Origin: Laetmonice hystrix
Taxonomy: Eukaryota
NCBI GenBank assembly: GCA_965235115.1
Contig: OZ249436.1
Span: 29,762,001 to 29,826,000, forward strand
Direction: 5' to 3'
Length of the DNA: 64,000 bases
Below the pieces are notes generated by a model. It saw only the letters and a program-made list of their open reading frames with translations, had not been told where the DNA came from and did not search any database. The position numbers and the translations under genes were made by a program. Below, one piece after another: positions 1 to 12,314 of the stretch (position 1 is the first letter of the stretch; each line of letters begins with the position of its first letter).

Positions 1-255
1 CACAGATTCAGTTGTACTAGCTAGCACGGGGCAAGTTGTTGGGAAAGCCCTCCCTGTCCATGTGCAGCCTCGCTTTTGTCTTGCGCAATGCACCCTGGGC
101 GAGAGTGCTTGGCTCGGGGCGAAACTGTGTATGATGTCACGTTTCTTTGAGTGGATGATTGTAAACACCCTACTGAAAAACGTGTGCCGTGCTTTTCAGA
201 GCCGATCAAGGGTTGCAGGTTTGCTCATCAAATTTCCCAAGAATCACGAGTAAAT

Positions 256-644
256 CAGCCTTCTCAATAAGCGCCGGCGGTTTTGCCCGCCTACTTCCCA
301 AAAACCGCCGGCAACTTTCTCAAAATCAAAAATCGTTTTTAGTCCAGTCTGTCCTCCGACAAAAATCTGAGTGGAAGTGATCTATTTACCCCACAAATTC
401 ATGCCAATTTTACTCTCAGAATGCACCAGAGCTCACCTTACAGACACCAAGAAATCAAAGCTTTTCAGGAGGATGCCCCCAGCCCCCGAGGCAAGAGTGG
501 GGTCCCTCTTCCCACCCCCCCCCCACCCCCCGAAGGTCAGCGCGGCACCGACCTTCGGCTGCTGCACTATAGTCTATATGTGTATAGGGCCACCTGTTAC
601 TTTGTCAACTTCCCCTTCTACTACCTTTCTTATTGAAACCCCTG
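256..644. mobile_element. CAG-ended MITE with 6-bp TSD (hAT6-like)
   Basis: Imperfect TIRs CAGCCTTCTCAATAAG / CTTATTGAAACCCCTG; GTAAAT duplicated at 250-255 and 645-650. Confidence 0.55.
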
Positions 645-1328
645 GTAAATAGATGGTTTTGGGGGTAAATTTGTATGTTTCTCTTCAGTTAGGATAAGAC
701 AGAACCAGTCAGTGTGAACTGAAGAAAATTCGGGAATAGCCCATACAGTCTACCTTTTTAAACAGAATCAATATGAAAAAAAAAATCAGTGCCATAAAGT
801 ACGTTAGTGATGAGCATGTTCTAGTACAAGTCGGAAACTGAAGATTTCGGTCGATACCACAGCTGAGCCACTGTGTATGTTGGCCTACTCTGTTACAGTA
901 TGTCGCACAATGACGACTGCGGACAGTAGCCTTGACTAGCGGTCTGCCAACCTTTCATGAACAGAAAGCGGTAGGTTTTCGCGGCAAAAAAGTCGCCGCA
1001 CCAAATGTGTGCAAACTACGGGGATGCGGAAAAATTTTCCCTCAAATTTTTGTTTAAAAAGGGGGTAAAATAATGAATTTTCCTGTTTTCTGAGACATAA
1101 ATTGACTTTAATTGAAAGAGAATCAACCAATAATCCACGAGATGACAGTGCACTCGGGATTCCTCGGCTGCTCCCGGAAAATTAGCGACTATGGACGGGC
1201 ACCGCTGGAAGCCATTTCTATTCTGTCAAGACTGAAAATTGAAAGTGAAATAGGGCCCTAAGCTCTAGCCTGAATCTGCCTTTATTTCGTACATGATTCC
1301 ATCCAGACTCCAGATTTTGGGTTGAAAG

Positions 1329-1509
1329 CAGGGGCGTAGGAAACTGGGGGCAGAAGTTGAAAGCAGGGGCGTAGGAAACTGGGGGCAGAGGGGGCTGCTG
1401 CCCCCCCAATATTTATAAAATGACCGCATGGCTCAATGCAAAAGCATAGGCGTAAGTCATTGTGACGTCACTTCTGCCCCCCCAATATTTTTTCCTTCCT
1501 ACACTACTG
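1329..1509. mobile_element. CAG-ended MITE with 5-bp TSD and duplicated left end
   Basis: TIRs CAGGGGCGTAGGAA / TTCCTACACTACTG; GAAAG on both flanks; 35-bp left end repeated (1321-1355, 1356-1390). Confidence 0.6.
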
Positions 1510-1624
1510 GAAAGGAACTGTAGAACACGATTCTTCAGTCAAAATCTTGTATAAATAAAGAAAATGTACCGTACTCCGATCTCTCATTTTCCGCGAGTGT
1601 TATCGCGAGCGCGCTTCCATTTAA

Positions 1625-1985
1625 CCCTATGCCGGCGACGTTTGTTACGTCACAGTCGTCACAGAGGCTGACCCAGTTTTGCGCACCACCCCACGTGGGC
1701 AAGCCATTTTAGATTTTCGTCTCGAAAAACGTGATTTTAGGACACATAAATGTCTAAAAGACAATAGCAATCAAAGTAATATGTAAGGGGGGAGTTAGTA
1801 CAGCTACTCGACAATTGTAGTTGGGTGATTGACAGTCTTTGCTATCAATGGGCCGGATTTACGTGGAGTGGTCGGAGTAGACAAAAAAGTGCCTCAAGGC
1901 ATCGTCCGCCCTGGGGCGGTAATGCCTCAAGGCATCGTCCGCCCTGGCACGGTAATGCCTCAAGGCATCGTTCGCCCTGAAAGGG
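1625..1985. mobile_element. piggyBac-like non-autonomous element
   Basis: TTAA on both sides (1621-1624, 1986-1989); CCCT...GGCGA / TCGCC...AGGG termini; three ~33-bp subterminal direct repeats (TGCCTCAAGGCATCGTCCGCCCTGG). Confidence 0.7.
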
Positions 1986-3883
1986 TTAAGTGGCGCCATC
2001 AAGGCTTGAGAGCTCTGCAGAAACTACTGTTTATTCATTGATTATTCGACCAATCAGCTTCCTACTTGGCCATTTGGTGCTGAATAGTGTCAACTTCCCT
2101 TTTAAAATGAGAGCAAACCCGGGGAAATTCAAATCAGATGGCCAAAAACGACTGCTCACTCCATTCCTGCACCCCTCTCACTCGCGAGTCGGTGAGCGGC
2201 AGATGACCGACATAATGGGCCAACATCCTGAGCAGATACAGGCCTAGGCCTACTAAAGTTTGGTACCGGTACATGTTAGATTATTAAATTGAAATATTTC
2301 TTTCCTAAAATGTCTGTAAAAACAGACAGTAAGGGTTGTGAAATGTACAATGTAGGGAGTTTTAACTTGTTTTCCTTTTGTGAAAAGTAAAAGATCTACA
2401 TCTCGTTAACAGAAAATGTGCTTTATTTTATTTATTAATAAATTTATTTATTAATATCAAAAATTAATAAAACTGCGTGTAATATCGATAAAGAGATCAT
2501 TGTTCCTTTGTTGAGTTTCTCATTATTTGCGCTTTCAGAAAATATATAGTTTGTATGGCATTGCAAAGTCCCTACTGAAATGCGGTAGGAATATTGCAAC
2601 GAAGCGGTAGTGATCGTCAAAATCCGGTACTGGCGGTAGGCCACCGCGAAAATCGGTAGGGTTGGCCTATGTCGATATTATAGATGACAAGATGTATAAT
2701 AATCTGAAGTTGCGAGGGTGATCACCGGTCAAATAACACGCACTCATCTACTTTACAAGAAGGGATCGCCATGTCCCCCACCCTCCCCCTCCTACGTGAA
2801 AGATGCCTTTATAAACGGGCATGCAGTAAACCGCCTCAAAAAGTAGGCCAAATGGTGGGCGCCGGCAGCCTGCTCCATAAGGCATAACCATAGACATAGT
2901 GGAAGGGAAGTGAGGGCGACGCCGATGGATGCAGTTTGGCCGCATACCGCTTGCTTTTTCGCAATTATTCGATAGATCTACCACCAAAAGACCTACAAAT
3001 TTGCATTAAAAATATGGTCTTGTATATATCCTGTCCTACTGACGGCTTTTCCGCGGTATAATCATGCTATATTTAGAAGAAATACTTACAAATCTGCACC
3101 AACATAGGCCTACACGCAACCCAAGCGTCCACCAAGCGTCTCTCTTCTAAGGTTCAGGTCTCGCTAGCCAGTATCGATAAAACAAAATTCTTTGTTCCTC
3201 GCTCGGCTGAAGGCGGGAAAAGCCAGCGTCGGACGCTGAACATTGAGCTCCGGAGCTAATTAATAATACAGCTAGCCTACGTTAGCGCCGAAAATTATGT
3301 GTCGCCTGTAGGGCCGTGGCTCGCGGGGAGGGCCGGGGTACGGGGGCAGCTGTTAGGCCTGCCTAGGCTATACGCCACCGCGAAAATCGGTAGGGTTGGC
3401 AGGTAGGCCTAGATCTATGTCGATTCACGCATTGTGACGTGACATACTTACGCTCCCTATAGATGACAAGATGTAGGCCTATAATAATCTGAAGTAGGCC
3501 GTAGGCCTACTATGATATGGGGCCATAGAACAATGTAATAAGCCCCCAGCCCAAGCGGCGGTGGAACAGATAGGCCTACTAAATATAGGCTAGGCCTAGC
3601 TATAACGTTATTGGGAGGGCGGCCCACTTTACAAAAATTTCTATCAGGCCAAAGGAAAGTGTGGATAGGCCTAATTTTTTTTTTGATTACCCCATAGGCC
3701 TACTATAGTTAATTCATCTCGTATAAGGCTATAAGCCATATAGGCCTAGGCCTAATAAATACGATTAGGCCTATTGGGGGGGGGGGGGCAGTGCCGCCTG
3801 CCCCCCGCTTCCGCCGCCTATAGGCCTACAATAGGCCTATCTTTTCTGGTTATTTTTTCAACCAATGCATTGGTTAGCTAAGC

Positions 3884-3922
3884 CAAAGAACGTATACCGG
3901 GGGGCCCGGTATACGTTCTTTG
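3884..3922. mobile_element. 39-bp P-element-like remnant / excision footprint
   Basis: Perfect 18-bp inverted repeats CAAAGAACGTATACCGGG / CCCGGTATACGTTCTTTG with a 3-nt spacer, flanked by the 7-bp direct repeat GCTAAGC. Confidence 0.65.
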
Positions 3923-4161
3923 GCTAAGCTATAGAATAATTAGGGCTTGGCCTAGGCCTAAGCCTACGCCGCCTATATAAGGTGATGTCAGGTAAAGTGG
4001 GACACTTTGGATTTGTTGAAAGTTCCCACGGTCCCATTTTATGTAGGCCCCTACTTCTGAAAGAAATAGGTCATAATGTTCCATTGGTCAAGGGGCTAGG
4101 CCTAACTACAGTGTATGACGAGTAGTAGATCTACCTATGCTTATAGGCCTAGGCCTATAGG

Positions 4162-4435
4162 CAGGGGCGGATCCAGGACTTTGGAAAGGGGGGGGGGGGC
4201 GGTTGGAATTAAAGGGGGGCCGAGCCCTGGTAGGGGGTCCTGGGGCATGCCCCCGGACAATTTTGAACATCTAGAGTCTCTGAAATGGCATTTCCTGAAA
4301 TTTTCTGCATTCTGAGAAAGCAAAATGTTTGCTTTTACAGTTGCAAACAACAAAATTTTGCCTTTTTTCTGATTGGTACCCTGACAAAAGGGGGGCCGCG
4401 GCCCCTCGCCCCCCCCCCCCCCAAATCCGCCCCTG
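4162..4435. mobile_element. CAG-ended MITE with 5-bp TSD
   Basis: TIRs CAGGGGCGGAT / ATCCGCCCCTG; ATAGG duplicated at 4157-4161 and 4436-4440. Confidence 0.75.
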
Positions 4436-6769
4436 ATAGGAACAAGGTTTGCATGACTGTATTAGGCCTAGTATTAGCCTAACCACTGAATACGTTGGTC
4501 AGTAGTTTAGGGCAGGGCTATAGGTGGGCCCCCTAGGGTCTATACTTCTTTCCTTTTCCCCCATTTTTAGGCCTATAGGCCTATATAGGCCTATATTGCT
4601 AGGCCTACCCCCAACTGAGGCCTAAATAATTATGATTATAGCCTATAGGCCTATATTAGGCCTAGGCCTATTATGTACAGTTTGTAGCAGATTTGTCCAA
4701 ACAAGCTCGTGAAGGCCCCCAACAAGAGCTATAGAGCCTTAAAGAAGCAATGATTTTTTTCAAGGTCAAAAAAGGTTAAAATAATATTGTGAAATGAACT
4801 TTCGATTGTTATGGATAAATGTGCAACCTTGAATGACCTATGACCTTTGACCTTCAATTGAGGTCAAAGAAAATAGTGCCAAATGAAACTTCATATCCAT
4901 GTTGAAGAGCGACTATGCTTAGGCCTATCTTATAATTTTGGGATAATTTATATGAGCGATTGAAAATATGCGTGACCTTGTTAATATATTGACGTCAATT
5001 TTGACGCAATATTGACCTCAAACTTGTAGAAATATTAACGTCAATAATGACGTACGTAATGATTGAGTCCACACATGTTTGATCAATTGAGGTTAGGCCT
5101 AATATTGGTGTAAATATATTGTAAACAATTGATGACGTTGATTCTGACGTTCATATTGACGTGAAAATGGACGTTAATGCCAGCAAATTACCGTGCTTAC
5201 TGTGAAAAAAAACCCCGGTAAAATCGCAATTAAAGAAACGGTGAAACCGTTAAAAAACGATAAACAGGTCCATTCGTATCAAAGTTCGAACGTCATGGAG
5301 TTTCTAACCCAAGGAGTCAATAGATAAGGTCCTCTAGCCTCTAAAGATGGTGTTTCCACAAACTGTTGATGAATCACACTTCATAATTTGGCCCCAGTTT
5401 GACATTCCACTCTACACTCGATCTATGACAAAGACTGTATCAATATTTGTATTAATAATATGCCCATTGGCGAATTAACCGGCATTCACAGGTCCTACTA
5501 TGACACGTCGTGGTAGAAAATCAACTCGGGGGGGGGGGGGGGCGGTTAACAGGGGGCAGCTCCCCCTCCCCGCCCACCCGCTAGCTATACGGCCCTGGTC
5601 CCTGCTGATGGGCTCCCTTTGCCCTATAAAAATTCGTTAGTCCTGGATTCCAGTGTAAAATACTAAAGAATAAGATTGTATTGGTTAAAAACGTTGTATA
5701 GGCCTATTTATTTCTAAGTTATTGACTTTAATTCATCACTAACTATATGGACCCCCAAATAACCAGATGATATCATGTTCCAAATATTATGACATTGGGG
5801 TAAAAATTATAGAAGTTACAGTCAAGAAAAGAGTGTTCCAAAAGAGTGTTCCAATCCACCCGATATAATGGTCGTGTAAAGCGGGCTATCCACATAAGCG
5901 ATCTTACCCCAAACAGTCCAGTTGAAATTTCCGGAACCTAGAAATGTTCTTTCCTATGAAATTTTTTTGTTGATTCATACTCTAATGGGGTCCTAGAACA
6001 AATTCAACTTGGTTGCCCAAAGGGCAACTTTGGGCAAATCTCGTAATCTGCATAAATCCAAGATGGCCGCCCAACGCCACCTTGAAAATTTAACTTTTGA
6101 ACCACTTGCCTTAAGAATGATGTATAATACATCATTTTAGGGGTTTTTGGATATGTAGAATCCATTTCTGATGTTATTTTTTCAATTGAAGGTCAAGGTC
6201 AGGTCAAATTCAAGATGGCCGCCCAACGCTACCTTGAAAATTTAACTTTTGAACCACTTGCTTTAGAATGATGTATAATACGTCATTTTAGGGGTTTTTG
6301 GGTATGTAGAATCCATTTCTGATGTTATTTTTTCAATGGAAGGTCACGGTCAGGTCAAATTCAAGATGGCCGCCCAGCGCTACCTTGAAAATTTAACTTT
6401 TGAACCACTTGCCTTAGAATGATGTATAATACGTCATTTTAGGGGTTTTTGGGTATGTAGAATCCATTTCTGATGTTATATTTTCAATTAAAGGTCAAGG
6501 TCAGGTCAAATTCAAGATGGCCGCCCAAAGCCACCTTGAAAATTTAACTTTTGAACCACTTGCCTTAGAATGATGTATAATACGTCATTTTAGGGGTTTT
6601 TGGGTATGTAGAATCCATTTCTGATGTTATATTTTCAACTGAAGGTCAAGGTCAGGTCGAATTCAAGATGGCCGCCCAAAGCCACCTTGAAAATTTAACT
6701 TTTGAACCACTTGCCTTAGAATGATGTATAATACGTCTTTTTAGGGGTTTTAGGAGTTGACACCAACCT

Positions 6770-7980
6770 GCCCAGAGTGATTAGGACCCTACGCCAACTG
6801 CCTGTAGCGATTAGGTCCCAATATACCCCGCCTGGCTGTAGTGAGTGAGTGAGTAGTTGGTGTTTAATGCCCAGTCAGCCACCTGTAGAGATTAGGGCCC
6901 TAACCCCAGCTGACTGTAGTGAATAGGAACCTATATACACCACCTGCCTGTATTTTCTTTTGAAATGCACGGGCGTCAGGGGTAACCCAATTACTTTGAC
7001 AATGTCCCTAAAGAGAAAAGTTGTATAGTCCTCTACAGGAATAGAACCCCGGCCCCAAGATTACTGCACCCATTCGCATAGCATAAGGTGTCGACACCCA
7101 TGCCTACTCGGCCACCGCCACTCCCCTAATAAAGGAGCTTTGGTGGTCGAGCAGGACAATGGACCCTCCCCGTACACACATCTTCCGAAATGAGACGGAA
7201 TCCATATTTTCCTAGATAGAGCTACACATGATTTCTACCGAACATTGACTGTTAAGGTAATCCTGGCACTGGCGTAGACTGTATTTTTCTTTTGAAATGC
7301 ACGGGCATCAGGGGTAACCCAATTACTTTAACAATGTCCCTAAAGAGAAAAGTTGTATAGTGTGATTAGAAACCTATATATCCCACCTGACTGTAGTGGT
7401 TAGGGCCCTATATACCCAACCTGACTGTAGTGATTAGGAACCTATACGCCACCTGACTGTAGTCATTAGGGCCCTATATACCCCACCTGACTGTAGTGAT
7501 TGCGCCGCTATATACCCCACCTGACTGTATTTTTCTTTTGAAATGCACGGGCATCAGGGGTAACCCAATTACTTTGACAATGTCCCTAAAGAGAAAAGTT
7601 GTATAGTCCTCTACAGGAATCGAACCCAGGCCCTAAGATTACTGCACCCATTCGCATAGCATAAGGTGTCGACATCCATGGTGATTACGTCCATATATAC
7701 CCCACCTGACTGTAGTGATGACGTCCCTATGGCCACCTGACTGTTGTGATTAGGCAGCTATATAGGCCTACCCCACCTGACTGTATTTTTCCTTTTGAAA
7801 TGCACGGGCATCAGGCGTAACCCAATTACTTTGACAATGTCCCTAAAGAGAAAAATCGTAAAGTCCTCTACAGGAATCGAACCCCGGATCCAAGATTACT
7901 GCACCCATTCGCATAGCATAAGGTGTCGACGCCCATGCCCACCACCTCCCTATATGATTAGGGCCCTATATACCCCACTA
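6770..7980 (-). repeat. Composite array: ~37-bp minisatellite interspersed with four tRNA-derived (SINE-like) modules
   Basis: Repeated CACCTGACTGTAGTGATTAGGGCCCTATATACCC; ~170-bp module at ~6950, 7280 (partial), 7527 and 7782 with minus-strand A-box TGGCCGAGTAGG (first copy) and B-box GGTTCGATTCC. Confidence 0.65.
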
Positions 7981-8068
7981 AACAGTATAGTGAGGCCAAA
8001 CAATACAGTGAGGGCAAAAGGTACAGTGAGGCCAAACAGTGCACGGAGGCCAAACAGTACAGTGAGAA
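7980..8068. repeat. 18-bp tandem repeat x5
   Basis: AACAGTACAGTGAGGCCA-like units. Confidence 0.7.
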
Positions 8069-10234
8069 GTCATGGTACTAGCTGGCCTGTTTCCTGTGGG
8101 TTTACAAGGGAGCGTCCTGTTTGTTACCAGCCGTTTATTGCCATTCTAAGACCCTAACCTGACCTTGACCTTCAATTGAAAAAATAACATCAGAATTGGA
8201 TTGATTCTACACACCCAAAAACCCCTAAAAAGACGTATTATACATCATTCTAATGCAAGTGGTTCAAAAGTTAAATTTTCAAGGTGGTGTTGGGCGGCCA
8301 CCTTGAATTTGAAATGACCTTGACCTTCAATTGAAAAGATAACATCAAAAATGGATTCTACATGCCCAAAAACCCCTAAAAAGACGTACCGTATTATACA
8401 TCATTCTAAGGCAAGTGGTTCAAAAGTTAAATTTTCAAGGTGGCGTTGGGCGGCCATCTTGAATTTGACCTGACCTTGACCTTAAATTGATAAAATAACA
8501 TCAGAAATGGATTCTACATACCCAAAAACCCCTAAAATGACGTATTATACATCATTCTAAAGCAAGTGGTTCAAAAGTTAAATTTTCAAGGTAGCGTTGG
8601 GCGGCCATCTCGAATTTGACCTGACCTTGACCTTCAATTGAAAAAATAACATCAGAAATGGATTCTACATACCCGAAAACCCCTAAAATGATGTATTATA
8701 CATCATTCTAAGGCAAGTGGTTCAAAAGTTAAATTTTCAAGGTGGCGTTGGGCGGCCATCTTGGATTTATGCAGATTACGAGATTTGCCCAAAGTTGCCC
8801 TTTGGGCAACCAAGTTGAATTTGTTCTAGGACCCCATTAGAGTATAAATCAACAAAAAAATTTCATAGGAAAGAACATTTCTAGGTTGGTGTATTGAAAC
8901 ATAGGACTGTCAACTGGACTATCAGTCGCCCTGGTGGATATTCCAAGCGCCAATGAAAGGATGCACTCTCCGCCGCAAGATGTCACTGCTGTCTGTCTGC
9001 TACGCGCAATGTCTCATGGGAGATTGGAAAGGATGGCGAAGACGTTTCAACGGTTGACCTTCAAACAAAGAAGTTTCAGTGGTCTATATCAGTGGCGTAT
9101 CCAGAAATTTATTAAGGGGCCTGTCACATCGAAAACTGACTCCCGGGTCACTTTTCCACAGTGGAAAAGTGACCCCCTCTGTGGTAATCTGACCCTCAAT
9201 GAAAAGTGAAGATATTTCTTGTTCTGTATTTATTTTTTATACTTATGGAAAGGATACAAAACATGTTTTTGTTCATGTCGTACTCAATTTGTCAATCTGC
9301 TCAATTTGCAAATAGCGTTAACTCAAATAGACCTAACCCTAAACTTACCTTAACCCTAACCGAGGGGCGTACAGGTAGCACCCGTATCTGCTGGTTTGTC
9401 CTTCTAAATTTGCCAGGTAAATTTGGAAATTGACGAATTGCAAACACCCTATTTGCAAATTGCGCAAGTCGGCAAAGTGAGTATAGGGGAAAGTGGGGCA
9501 AAATGGAACCATGGGGCAAAGTGGAATTTGTTTAGATCTATACCTTGGAGGTGCTGCCGCCTTGCGACGTTTTGTGTAATTATAGAGTCTAGCCACCAGG
9601 GCATAACGTCAAAATATCCAGGTCAGACGTACAACGTGGCAGGATATTGAGAGGCACAAATAATTTTGACCCTTCTGATATAGGGTAAGCACATTTTCTG
9701 AGGTCGGTAGTTCCAATTATGATCAGAGATTCCGAAAAACCTAACCTTGCCTGTGAAGATAATGTTTCAGTTAGCGTAATCAAAGAATATGATCGACAGC
9801 TTCCCAGCCGATTTCTGGCTGTGGAGTCCCAGTCGACTAAAATGACCTTGAGGCAAAATGGTCCATTATGAGATGGGGCAGAATGGACCCGTGTTCCATT
9901 ATGCCCCGCCTGCCCAGGTATTTAGTTTGCAAACCGAGTCTTCAGATTCAAATCTTAAGACGGAACTCTTGTTTCAGAGCTTCTAATTGGTCCTTCAAAT
10001 GAAGTCAACCAATGAGAGACCATAACACAAGTCAGTCTTAAAATTCCAGTCTTAAGATTGGTAAAATGACGAACTAAAAACCGGGCCCAGGTGTTCCATT
10101 TTGCCCCGCCCGCTGATTATTATCATTCCATTAGGCCAAAAGTAATCTCGAAAATATTTTCTTTAATAATTATCCAATTCTCCTGTCAGAAGGGAAATAG
10201 GATGTTGACTTTTGATTGTTTTACACTTAGGCCT

Positions 10235-11992
10235 TGTCACATATAACCGGATTGCATTGAAGTTAGCGGTATCCAGTCAAGTGGAACCGACCATAACAGC
10301 AGTCAGTGGGTCAGGATTCCCGGGGATTCCCTGGTGTATGACGTAGGCTGGTCCTAGCAACCAGGGGATCCGAACTCATATTCTAATCCGTGTTTTGATT
10401 GGGTTTCATGAAACCATGTCGAGAGCACATAACATTTACTGGTAGGGATAATTTTATTGGCGTTACTAGGAAAAGGTATAAACATTTTTAGACAGGTCAG
10501 GAAGTAGTTTCCGGAGGTAGGGAGAGTTTAGCTAGGATCGTGGTAGAGGTCGGACGTGTTTTGGAGTTGGAGAGAGAGCGAGCGCACACAACTGTGGAGA
10601 ACAGTACTACTACTGTCAAACTATATCGTGTTTCCAGTTGGAAAAGGAGTCTGTACTCGGCCTTTAGTGTGGGGAGAGAGTGAGCGCACAGAACTGTGGA
10701 GAACAGTACTACTACTGTCAAACTATATCGTGTTTCCAGTTGGAAAAGGAGTCTGTACTCGGCCTTTAGTGTGGAGAGAGAGTGAGCGCACAGAACTGTG
10801 GAGAACAGTACTACTACTGTCAAACTATATCGTGTTTCCAGTTGGAAAAGGACTCTGTACTCGGCCTTCAGTGAGAAGCGGGAGCACATGTGGTCTCGGG
10901 CGTGCAAATAGACTGTACGGTAGGAAGTTCAGTGAGGAGTGAGAGCACATGAGACGTGCAGTGGTGTGCAAGCGTGTGGAGACGTGGAGAGACGGAAGGT
11001 GAGGCGTGCAGAGGCGTGCAAGCGTGCGGAGACGTGGAGAGACGTGTAGACGTGCAGAGGCGTGCAAGCGTGCATGCGGAGACATGTAGTGAGACGTGCA
11101 ATGGCGTGCAAGCGTGCGGAGACGTGGAGAGACGTGTAGTGAGACGTGCAATGGCGTGCAAAGACGTGGAGAGACGTGTAGTGAGACGTGCAATGGCGTG
11201 CAAGCGTGCGGAGACGTGGGGAGACGTGTAGTGACACGTGTAGTGGCGTGTAAACGTGCGGAGACATGGAGAGACGTGAAGGGAGACGTGCAGTGGTGTG
11301 CAAACGTGCGGAGACGTGGAGAGACGTGAAGTGAGACGTGCAGTGGTGTGCAAACGTGCGGAGACGTGAGAGACGTGTAGTGAGACGTGCAGTGGTGTGC
11401 AAACGTGTAGAGAGACGTGTAGTGAGAAGTGTAGTGGTGTGCAAACGTGCGGAGACGTGAGAGACGTGTAGTGAGACGTGCAGTAGTGTGCAAACGTGTA
11501 GAGAGACGTGTAGTGAGAAGTGTAGTGGTGTGCAAACGTGCGGAGACGTAGAGAGACGTGTAGTGAGTGCACAGAGAGGTGTCAAAGTGTTTGAAGAGAT
11601 TTGAGTAAATCTGTATTATGTAGAGGCGGTAGAGTGTACAGAGAGGTATCAATACGTTTGAAGGGATTTGTGTAAATCTGTGTTATTTAGAGTCAGTAGA
11701 GTGCGCAGAGAGAGAATTGTACATATTTGTGTTATGCAGACAAGCAGTGGAGTGTATAGAGAGGTGTCAATGTGTTTGAAGGGATTTGTGTAAATCTGTG
11801 TTATGTAGAGGCCGTAGAGTGCTCAGAAAGAGAATTGTGGAAGTTTGTGTAAGGTAGAGAGAGAGAGAGAGAGAATAATAAAGGTTCATTTTATCCAAAT
11901 GGTGATTTGAGTATTTGCGATTGGGGGTCATTGAGGGAACTCACGGTTAGCTGCCCACCTTTTAGACCAACATCCCACACCCACGTGTGACA
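10235..11992 (+). repeat. 5' LTR of element 1 (contains 102-bp x3 repeat and GAGACGTG minisatellite)
   Basis: Direct repeat of 15045-16802; 102-bp units at 10569/10671/10773; minisatellite ~10950-11570; AATAAA near 11877. Confidence 0.95.
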
Positions 11993-11993
11993 T

Positions 11994-12010
11994 TGGGGGC
12001 TCGTCCGGGA
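11994..12010 (+). promoter_or_regulatory. Primer-binding site complementary to the tRNA-Pro 3' end
   Basis: TGGGGGCTCGTCCGGGA immediately after the 5' LTR. Confidence 0.9.
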
Positions 12011-12314
12011 ATTTGCTAACCATACAGTTATAGTGAGCGCTTCCTCAATGACTCAGCAATGGCGAATAAATTTTTTTTAGGTAGAAATTAAACTGTACTC
12101 TGGTAGTAGAACTGAATATTTTGAAGGTTTGACAATCGCAAAGTTTGAGAAATATTGTTGAGGTATTGTTGTATTGTTGAGGTATTGTTGGGGAATTCTA
12201 GATAGGGACTTGCCTTACAAAAAAAACAACAAGAGTCTAGAGTGTAGATAAAGAAACAGAGAGAAAGACAAGAGGGTTAAGAGTTCAAATAGACCCCTCT
12301 CCGTATCCAAGACC

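Larger units (their letters stand above)
5914..8921. mobile_element. Foldback DNA transposon (Academ-like termini) with ~800-bp TIRs built from ~151-bp tandem repeats
   Basis: Ends (C/T)AGTCCAGTTGA ... TCAACTGGACTA; 5935-6750 is the reverse complement of 8150-8887; each arm has about 5 copies of the CAAGATGGCCGCC...GGTCAAGGTCAGGTC unit. Confidence 0.8.

Noticed and set aside
6770..7980. CRISPR-like look of ~37-bp repeats with intervening sequences
   Set aside because: Repeats are degenerate and often directly adjacent, the intervening segments are copies of each other, there are no cas genes, and the context is eukaryotic.
9330..9362. Telomere-like CCCTAA repeats (also ~32550-32640)
   Set aside because: Only 2-4 degenerate units inside small repeats; not a telomere or healed break.
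10497..11652. Long His/Thr/Arg-rich ORFs (136-275 aa) on both strands, repeated at 15307-16462
   Set aside because: They are translations of the LTR 102-bp repeat and minisatellite, open in several frames at once, with no protein motifs.
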